Origin: Dicyema japonicum
Lineage: Eukaryota > Animalia > Dicyemida
NCBI GenBank assembly: GCA_011109175.1
Contig: RDEW01000029.1
Span: forward strand, 158,158 to 222,157
Direction: 5' to 3'
DNA: 64,000 nucleotides
Within the stretch, counting starts at the first letter, position 1; each line of letters opens with the position of its first letter. The notes under the pieces are model-generated. The model searched no databases and was not told where the DNA came from. It saw only the letters and a list, made by a program, of their open reading frames with translations. Position numbers and translations under genes: made by a program. Positions 53,280 to 64,000 of the stretch are shown here, piece after piece.

Positions 53280-54500
53280 CTCCTTCCAGTTAAGGATTCT
53301 CATTTGATCTTCAAGGAATGGCATTGTGGTCACTTCTTGAGTCTTAAGTGAATGACCAGGTCGATAAGCCGGGAAAACAAAGCGTGATGTCTGGAAAAGT
53401 TAGTTGGTCTGACTCCCTGAAGGGGTTCTCGCATGTTTTAACGCATATTCATGACTGTGAACGGACCATGTCTGCGATGTAGTAGTACTTTCCTTCTTGT
53501 ATCGGATGGCTAGCAATAGAGGGTGCTTGGCGTTGATATCCCCACCAGTGATCATATCGTTTAAGGAACCCAAAGTGGATAAATCGGCATAGCGTAGTGC
53601 TTCGGACAAGAATCAAGTGGAGGCACGTAGATTTTTACAAAGGTAATTTTTCTATTTGCTATCATAACCCAGGGAACACTGGAAAGTAAAAGGTTATCGT
53701 CTAAATTAAGTGATCCCGGTGTCAGTGCATCCTCTGTTCTGACTTTATCTAGAATTTTTGTGTTTAAAAGAGAGAAGGTTTGTTTCAAATTTAAAGCATA
53801 CTCCCGGTAGGCAAGAATCTCCTCAAGGGGGCTCTTCCAGGCGTTTGCTGGAAGGTAATCTTTCTGCACTGTTCTCCATAGGGACGATGTCTTTGTGTTT
53901 CTGTTGATGGCTACCAAGGCCGTCTCCCATTTTCTTAAATTTATCCGAAGAAGATTTGCTTTGTCCACGTTGATCGAGGGAAAACAGTATAAGAAGTCTT
54001 CAATAAAAGATGTGAAATCGGGCCAGACCGCACGTAAAAATTTGAACAGGTTCTAGTCATCTTACGTTTTCCCAGGACTCTTAAGAGTATTGGATTGTAA
54101 TCCGTGTGCAAATCATAAATGACGTCCCATGTGATTGTCGGATAAATAGACGGGGAGCAAGAGAGATCTAGTGAGGTTGGGGAGTCATCACTTCTGGATG
54201 GGGTACTTGTTTGTTTGTTCAGGATTAATAAGTCGTCAATGTTGTCTGATATTATGGATCCTCTTTAATCCATTTGTTGTTTTTATACTAAAGGGGATCC
54301 GAGTTCATGTAACGACAAATTAAGACTTCTTCCATTCTGGTAAAGTAGCTGAGTTCAGGACAGTAGCCACGATAGCAGGAGGATACATGAGGGATGTAAA
54401 TGTTGACTATTCTCATTCGGATAGAGGGGAGGTTATCTTAGCTGTGATCTGTTCGAATTGATCTTTTGGTTGTAAAAAACAATGACATCCTTGATAAGTC
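53280..54500 (-). mobile_element. LINE APE endonuclease region remnant
   Basis: MITGGDINAKHP motif (GDFNA) and a following LINE linker-like frame; decayed. Confidence 0.5.
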
Positions 54501-55619
54501 CACTACATTGACCTGATTCCTGACGATGGTAAGGAGGCATCCACCTTTTCCAATTTTCTGGTCTCTATGGAACACGGAATTCCTGGGAAGGATGGAGTCA
54601 AGTTTATGTGTTAGTCTCTTTAATTAAGCCGATATCCACAGAGTCGGATTGAATGAACGTCGTAGTTCGATGATCTTTTTCAAATCCATTTATGTTGACT
54701 TGGGCAATAATTATGTCACATGGTCCACCAACGCACGGGCAACTGTTTACATATTTTATTAAATTAACTATTTCTAAGTCTTAACATTACACATTCCATA
54801 TTCCCCCTGGAATATTGTATCTATTAAAAGATGAGATCGTTGTCGGAATGTATCGGGTCTGGGTTTCGTTTTACCGTGGTCTGGGTTGTTAAGTAAAATA
54901 TATAAAAAACCAAAAAACTATGTCAATGACTGTTAGGACACCCCGTCTAGAAATAACATGCAATAAATGCCTCACACTAAGTTTACGAGGAGTATGGGAG
55001 CAAAGTATAGGAATTTGTTCCCAACCCGTTAGGGGGCAATGCGTACATACGACGATTTTCGTTTAATCTTTCATTGGGCCAAGAAGAAAAATCATGGTGA
55101 AAATTTACAAACTTCACATTTTCGAATGACTCTTCTGATAATGTCAATTCTTAGTCAAATATCGTTGTCAACATTCATATTCGATTTGGTTGACTCCTCC
55201 ACGTGAACACTCGTGTAGGGATTATGCCATGATCTCCATTTAGTTTTAGTATCAGGGATATAACTAATTTCACATCTATACATCTGAGATACAACCTTTT
55301 GATAATAACAGATGCACAATACCTTTCATTAATTTTTGTAAAATTATGAATCTTCTTAGGTAGCTTATATTTTCCTTGCCTCGTAAGATGTTCAGGGAAT
55401 TTATTTTGTAAGGCATGTTTCAGAATTTCATACTCCGAACCATCTTTCACGAAACATTTGTAAGAAGCCACTACAAAAAATATTTTGGAAATCAAGCAAT
55501 AAATTTAGGGTTGCCACCATAAAAATTTTTCCTTGTTTTACTTTTCCTCTCATAAGTGGATTTTTTTAGAAAATAATTCAAAGAATTCGGGTTCCTGGCT
55601 CAATGTTTTCCCGGTAAAG

Positions 55620-56230
55620 GCAGTGGTACTCTGTTTGACGGGAATACAATCCGCGTTGGAGTTGCTCTTCGGCTAGACCTATTGTCTGCTTGGAATACAG
55701 ATGGCGATGTGGTGGGATGGTTAACAAGAAAAAACTGCACCCACTGTCATGCAGACGGATCCGGTAGATTCCCTCTTCACACTATGTTAAACTCGACAGT
55801 CTTGGGAGCTATCAAAGACGCCTAGTTTACTCGCCTTCTGGAACCCGTCGGTCTTGACAGAGGTGATAGCAAGAAACCGAATGGCGTACGACAATACCAT
55901 GGAGTTGAGGGATGTGGGATTCAACTTTCACAGACACTTTCTCTAATGGGAATTTGCTCAATTCATCGTTGCGCGCGTGTTCCGCAGCGATCACTGCCGA
56001 AGATTTGAAAAGAAGAAAGTATTACGGATTGTGGACTGGTTCGTTTTCCGGCCGATCTTTGTTGAGACGTCTGGCGTTATTGGCCCGACAACTTCTGAGT
56101 TTATCAGGTTAATCAGACGGCTTGTATGGAAGCGGATGCCACAATGGCTTTTCCAGAACATTTGACTCTCAATTATGAGAAGCAACTCCCATTGCATGCT
56201 CAATGCCTGCAGTACAAAATGAGGACCTGT
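55620..56230 (+). mobile_element. CRE-type retrotransposon endonuclease/C-terminal fragment
   Basis: EPVGLDRGDSKKPNG..IPW...WDSTFTDT, FRPIFVETSGVIGP and QWLFQNI match the CRE-type PD-(D/E)XK region. Confidence 0.75.
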
Positions 56231-56429
56231 CATAACAACCTTACCTTATGCGTAATAATTGTTTTATTTTATTCAAAATTAAAGATCCAACCATTCACTT
56301 TAAATTTCGACAGAGTTGATCACAAAATCTCTAAAATAAAATATCCATTTTAAAATTATTCTACCGACAATATAATGCTTATTTTAAATAGTTTAAATAA
56401 AATAATAATTCTTTTCTTTTTGGTGCTGT

Positions 56430-58080
56430 ATGGCCGATCGTAAAGAAAAGTACAAAAACGAGGGAAAGACGCAGGTAAGCATAAAGTACTAATTTTAATA
56501 AAGGAACTACGACGCCGTAGAAATGAGGCTGTTATTGAGCTTAGGAAGTCCAAACAGGAATCAAAATACTCAAAAAAGCGAAATCTTCACGAAGGGAACA
56601 AGCATGTCTCCCATATCGACGTACCTCTTTAATTAACCTTAGATGCCAATGTTCAAAGCCATTCTGGAGAGGGTTCACCATTGTTCCCTTCAAGAACTTG
56701 ATGTCTGCGTCGAGGAGATTCGCCTCAAACTTTCCATAGTCAACCCACCGGTGGACATGGTTATCAAACACGACGTTATCCCAATCCTAGTCAGATGTCT
56801 GTCCTTCCACGATCGCCCCAATCTTCAATTTAGTGCCACGTGGGCCATAACTAACATCGCCTCTAGCGACTATGAACACACCAAGGCCGTTGTGGATTGT
56901 AATGCCGTCCCCCACCTAATAAATCTCTTGTCTTCTCCCCACCAGAACATCGCCACACAGGCAGTTTGGGCCCTAGGAAACATCACCGGAGACTGTGCTT
57001 ACATGAGGGACCTGTGCGTTAACCTGGGGTACGTGAACGCCCTTCTTCCGTTGATCAACGAGAATACCCCAGTTTGCTTATGCCCATATTCCAGGTTGAG
57101 GCTCTGCGCACGTGTTCATGGGCTCTTTCCAATTTGTGTCGTTACAGAGATCCCCCGCCAATGAGAAATGTCGTAATGAGGCTGCTTCCATATATGATGG
57201 GGATCCTCCTGTCAAATGATACTCTCGCGGTGGTGGACGGACTCTGGGCAGCAACCTATATCACGGACTCCGACGAGGATTATGTACCGATTATTGTCGA
57301 TAGAGGTCCCCATTTTGTGTTATAGCTTAGAATTTATGCCGATTTTCAAAGAGCTTTTGGTCTCCAACGTGCCGGACTACTATGCCCCGTTAATACGCGT
57401 TTTCGGAAACATCGCCTCGAACAAGGACCACATATACACTCAGGTTGATTCTTTAGGCTACTTGCAGCTCATTCTTGACAACAATATCCTCGAGATGCTG
57501 ATTCCTCAAATTAACTCTCCCTCTCTGACACAGAGAAAGGAGACGATTTGGTTTTTGTCGAACCTGGCGGCGGGTACTCATTCCCAAATTCAAACTTTGA
57601 TTGACTCCCAGTGTATCCCGATAATTCTTGAAAAATTTGTCAATGTAATCGATTTTTAAGCAGAATAGGACAAAGTGTTAGTGAAAAATGAAGTCACGTG
57701 GGTATTCCGTAACATTCTGGCTGGAGGGTCTATCCCCCAAATCCAATACATCCTCGAATTAGACAATTTTGTGGAGTATTTGTGTGGAACCCTGGACATT
57801 CGTGACTTTACACTGCAGATGGACCTTCTCAAGTGCATTCACGCCATGCTGACTGCAGCAGGAAAGACTGGAGACTTTGAGGTAGTCGCTGGACAGGTGG
57901 AGATCTGCTCGGGACTGACAAAGATTGAGGAACTCCAACTTTCAGAATCTAATAAAGTGGCCATTGCAGCTTCTAACGTAATCAAGAAGCATTTTCTGGT
58001 GATTGTAACCTTTATTGCAGACATTTGGTTCCCCTAATGATGCTGATGTGTCTGCGGTGAATGACTATGTTGAAAATTGA
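56430..58080 (+). CDS. KPNA: importin subunit alpha (karyopherin alpha)
   Basis: IBB domain (ELRRRRNEAVIELRK..KKRN) and ARM repeats (WAITNIAS, QAVWALGNITGD, WALSNLCR, GNIAS, ETIWFLSNLAAG); about 9 short introns, those measured 22-29 nt. Confidence 0.93.
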
Positions 58081-58849
58081 CTTATTTTGGGTTTTCTACA
58101 TCCTTATCTTTTTTATCTTTTTTTGATAAATTACAAGTTTTAGTATTTTGACTATCATCCAGTTATCCCACGCTTGGGAATTTCGTCTGTGAAGGGAGAC
58201 GGTCATTTCAAATTCTTACATTAAAAATTCCTTTGTTTTTAATGACAGATCAGTTTGGAGGACACTACATATGAACTTCACGGTGAAAGAGTAGTCAATA
58301 CTTAACTAGATGGGGCCTTTTGTTAGATTAATATCAATCATGAAGTACTCACTTTGTTGTCTCCGTGATGGTTTACTACATTGAGTAGTCAGGAATATTA
58401 ACATTTCTGCCTTTCAGTGCAGTTTTCATTGTTGACAAAATATGAATTATTAATATTTCCTTAGCTACAGTGTACAACCTCCCCACGTTGGAATCTCTCC
58501 TTCGCTTGGTGACCAATCCCGCTTGTCCACCAACCTTGACCTCAAATTATCATTCTTACTCGATCTTGGGGTCTTTGTTCTTTCAAGAGGGTGTCAAAAC
58601 CATAGTTAGTTCTTAGAGTCATTAGAGGTGATACGATAGCTTTTCCGGTTCCTTCGGTAACGATTATCCACCCCCTCCAAAGGTTTCGAAGGAGAGTGGA
58701 ATAAAACAGACTAGCCTGAGTATTCAATTTCTTCAATTATCAGCACCTGGACAATCGATACAAACTGACGAACAAAAAGCAAGGTGTCGAGGCACGTGAC
58801 GTCTCATAACAGAAATGAAAAAAATTCAAAGACTACGGTATAACCAAAC

Positions 58850-59080
58850 TAATTCCTTTATCATGACGCGTTCCAGCAGAACCCTCACGCAAGCACAGCG
58901 ATCCAGAGGACTTGTCCGGGATACTGAGGTCGATTCCTAACTCGTCGCCGGGGGAAATTGGAATGAATAGATGGATCCTTTTGAATGCCGGCAGGATTGG
59001 GCGTCTCCTGAGTAAGGTGGATCCAATGACGCTGTCAGAGGGGAGGAAGAGAAATGACCACACGGCCAACTGTCCACTTA
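58850..59080 (-). mobile_element. SINE-like family B copy
   Basis: Minus strand GTCATTGGATCCACCTTACTCAGGAGACGCCCAATCCTGCCGGCATTCAAAAGGATCC. Confidence 0.65.
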
Positions 59081-59679
59081 GTTAGTTTAGTGACCCCGGC
59101 CTCACTAACTTGAAGGAGGTCAGCAGCTAAAATTTTCAACAATTCTTTTTATGCGTGAAGCACTTTCGCGAAAACACTATTTTGGGGATTGTACCTTTCT
59201 TCCAGTTACAAATTGTTCGAATAATGATTCATTCAAATTTTGTTATTTTTAAGACACTCGATAAATTTCCATATATTAGGGTGGTGCGATCCAACTTGTG
59301 TTTGAAATGATCTATGCCAACCTTTAAAAAATATTAATATAGAATATTCCTACCTGCGAAGGTGCTTCACGCATAAAAAAATTGTTGAAAATTTTAGATT
59401 TGACAATATAAATGAATATCAATATTTTTTTTAAATATCTTGAATAAAATGATTTAATTGTTATTAGACAAACATGACGATTTAGACGAACTGTTTTAGA
59501 CGAATTAGCCGTGAACCCGACTGTAAGGCACAAGACTTTCACGAAAATAAATGACCCTTCTTTATTTTCAATAAAACCGAAGAGAACCCACATCCAGACG
59601 TCAGTGAGGGATTGAAGAAGATGACTTCTCATGTGGACCTATATCTGGAAATTGTCCCATATACGCCCAATCCTACTCG

Positions 59680-59760
59680 TCACCTCAAAAAAGGTGGATC
59701 CAATGACGTCATCTGAGGAAAGGAAAATAATTCTTGACCAACTAGCCACATAGGATCATT
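59680..59760 (-). mobile_element. SINE-like family B, 5' fragment
   Basis: GGTGGATCCAATGAC...TTGACCAACTAGCCACATAG, as at 52310-52370. Confidence 0.55.
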
Positions 59761-59844
59761 AAATAACTTAAATTAACTTATGAAATTTAATTCAAAAAAA
59801 ATCGTGCCAAATTTTTCCGAAAATACGTCTTTCCAATAATAGGC

Positions 59845-60027
59845 CCATTGGCTTATTTTAGGGTTCCTGCTTTGCGAGAGAGACTTTCTATGTGGCATAA
59901 CTTTCTCGTTCTTCCATCGGGGGACAAATTTTTAANCCATTGGCTTATTTTAGGGTTCCTGCTTTGCGAGAGAGACTTTCTATGTGGCATAACTTTCTTC
60001 GTTCTTCCATCGGGGGACAAATTTTTA
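59845..60027. repeat. ~91-bp duplication across a single-n join
   Basis: 59845-59935 repeated from 59937; n at 59936. Confidence 0.85.
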
Positions 60028-61149
60028 TTGTCGCAATTAACGGATTTCGTCCCTTGGGGACCACGGAGATCTAGGTATATTAAACTATTTGAAGGACTGG
60101 ACTTACGGAATCACCAGAAAATCCAACTTTCTCGCTTTTCACCTTATGAGCTACTGGAGGAGTATTCGTGAGGAGACACAAATCAAAATGAGTCCTTATC
60201 AGCTATATCCCCAATTATTGCTTTTGCTTTGAGACACGTGTATTGGATGATAACTTACTCTTTCTTCTCAACGATCGGAAAATTACTCGATTTTCCCAAG
60301 ATCTGGTCTTCCAAGCTTCCTGGAACTATGGGTTCTCGCCATTTTACAACGAATCTTGAAATCCCCTTATCCATTCTACAAAACCACCCGAGATATGACC
60401 GCATCAGCTTTAGTCTTGAATATCCGAACTTGCCAGAGTTTACTTTCCTTCGAGATCAAAGAAACCGTCGAAAGAATTATGTCGCCTCCTGGAAAATTCA
60501 TATTTTACTAGATGATGGAATTTAGACACACGTGGCCATCAGGTGATCCTTGCATCTCTCGTATATTTCTCACCAACCATCTTTACACAGTGTTCTTTTC
60601 GTGATCTTACACATTTCTTGTAGGCCGCGCTAATGGCAGGGGTACGTCCAATAACTCCCTCGTTCTCACCACTAGGGTCTACCATGGAGAACGAAACATG
60701 GATACCTAAACATTCGATCCACCATGTTAACGACTAAGAAATGTATCCAGTTCTAATGGTCCTTGGGAGTCAGCCCTTCCGAGAACGCAAGCTAGTCAAA
60801 ACCGAAGTTGTGAGAATCACTCCAGTGATTGAAGTGAGGGAGACAAATACTCATTTTTGCTGCCATCATTGGATTGATGCCCCCTAGACGATCAGTTTTG
60901 ATGTCGTTTGTCTCCATTTCTTACAGAAAATTAGATATCTTATCTCCCAAACAGAATTTTAAAAATTCCCAGACAATGTTCCCACCAGCCTTTAAGATAG
61001 ATTTGGTCGAAGCGTATGCTTTTAATCATAAGTGGATCATTGATTCAAATTCACTTGTAACCACGGATATGCCGGGAAGAGGTTAAGAGTTGCAACTAAT
61101 AAGGGTATATTTAAATAATTGGGAAAAGTACCACATCCAAACGTCCATT

Positions 61150-61320
61150 GTAGGAAATCCTCCAGTCATCCTTTTTGAATGCCGGACAACATTGGACGTT
61201 CCTGAGACAGGTGGATCAACCGACGCACAGAACGGAGTCCATCGACCAGGCGGCTAACGCCGAGGGAATCGAACCCACAACTAATCACTACTCGATTGAC
61301 AGACCAATATGCTATTTTGG
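61150..61320 (-). mobile_element. SINE family B core with a tRNA-like head
   Basis: Minus strand: A-box TAGCATATTGG, B-box GGGTTCGATTCCC, then GATCCACC..CTCAGGAACGTCCAAT..CCGGCATTCAAAAAGGAT. Confidence 0.6.
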
Positions 61321-61399
61321 TACCGATTTATTTATTTATTTAATAATTATAAAATAAAATATTTATAATTTAAATTGTAATTCTTACTCTTGTGTCTTA

Positions 61400-62917
<1,518 letters not shown>

Positions 62918-63379
62918 TTTAGGTCTTTTAACTTTTATTTGTGGCTCCTTTTTGTAGTTTGGATTTATTTACATCTAATGTGACTGATTGGGATTCTCTT
63001 TTGAAGAGGTGTTTTATTATGGAATAGTGTTGAGAAGGTTATCCTTGAGAGTCTTCGTATTGGGGTTGGTTAGGGGGTCGTCGTTTGAGGAATATTTTTT
63101 AGTTGGAATCATTTGGTTAATAGTTGAGTCGCTCGGTTGTTGGTTGCTTTGTTAGGGTAGGTTGACACAATTTGGTAGTCTGGATGTGATTATTTAAAGG
63201 GGTGGTTATTATTTATCTAATTGTATGTGAGGAGGACCAACTAGAGTAGTGGTTAGCTATGGCTTTGATCTCTACGCTGTTGCCTACCAATTAAATTAGT
63301 CCGAATTTTTTAATAAATTACTTTCGGAATGCGGATTGTCAAGTTACGGTTCATTGAAGCCTGTTTGTATGGAAACTAA

Positions 63380-63653
63380 GATTTTGTTGACTCATCAAAT
63401 GAAATCGGATTACTGGGGGGTCACTGTAATTGAATTAATAAAAAATCGACGTGGCGTTGCCTCTTTTAGTCTCAGCTGCTTCGACCGCGGAAAACCTAAA
63501 AATCAAGAAATATTCTTTCCTCGGGGATCGCTATCGATTTACTCCTGTTGCGACCGAATCATCGGGAGCCGTTGGTCCAATGACGGCTGAATTCTTGCAA
63601 GAACTCGGAGGATTGCTTGCCGGAAAGAAAAGGGATCAACGAGAAGGGTTATG
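63380..63653 (+). mobile_element. CRE-type retrotransposon C-terminal fragment
   Basis: AASTAENLKIKKYSFLGDRYRFTPVATESSGAVGP..FLQELG, ending at the n join. Confidence 0.7.
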
Positions 63654-63654
63654 N

Positions 63655-64000
63655 ATTGATGCGGATTTAATGAATGAATTTAATGAAATCATATGGTGGC
63701 TTATGAAGGTAGTTTTGACTAATTAATAGAATGAAAATATTACAGTTTATGCTGAAAAGACTGAATTTAGTGATAAATCTATAACTGATAAATTAAGAGT
63801 ATATTCATCAGACAAACAAGTGGATTTAATAGTAACTCTTGGTGGAGACGGAACATTAATGCATGCCTCTTCACTGTTTCCACTTGCAATGCCATTAACA
63901 ATTCCGTTTAATTTGGGGACAATGGGGTTTCTGACTCCTCATTCATTCAAAGAATATAGAAATATAATAGAGAATGTGTTTAAAGGTATAAATATTATTA
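63655..64000 (+). CDS. NADK: NAD kinase, internal part (runs off the window)
   Basis: After a 21-nt intron (63709-729): VDLIVTLGGDGTLMHASSLF...FNLGTMGFLT, the NADK signature. Confidence 0.88.

Noticed and set aside
62960-63300. G/T-skewed segment as a mitochondrial insertion (NUMT)
   Set aside because: No mitochondrial gene or tRNA motif was recognised; the skew fits a decayed A/C-rich LINE strand equally well.

Overview
AT-rich eukaryotic, animal-like nuclear DNA from a draft assembly: one 465-N gap and six single-n scaffold joins, five of them flanked by duplicated sequence. Host genes are broken by very short GT-AG introns (mostly 20-29 nt, counted by hand), so the ORF track misses or fragments most of them. 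This architecture is known from reduced parasitic animals such as dicyemids and some myxozoans, but I cannot fix the taxon from sequence alone. Genes reconstructed by manual splicing: EB1/MAPRE, a large repeat-rich protein (weakly formin-like), two paralogous type I membrane C-type-lectin-like proteins plus a third CTL-like ORF, a coiled-coil protein, KAT6-type MYST acetyltransferase (frameshifted as assembled), BAP18, importin-alpha, U2AF65 and part of NAD kinase. Between them lie many decayed mobile elements: BovB-like RTE, CRE-type, R4/Dong-like and other LINE fragments, hAT and pogo/Tigger transposons, Gypsy remnants and two SINE-like families. Most interesting observations: (1) a 196/198-bp coding tandem repeat in which each unit carries a 22-nt micro-intron in two sequence variants that match whether it must be spliced or read through; (2) a U2AF65 whose RRM2 RNP1 has lost Ala-Phe, in a genome whose introns are too short for a normal pyrimidine tract; (3) CTL paralogs with near-identical upstream DNA but about 50% diverged ectodomains. 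Coordinates were counted by hand and element ends are approximate. All homology calls come from recalled family motifs, not database searches.
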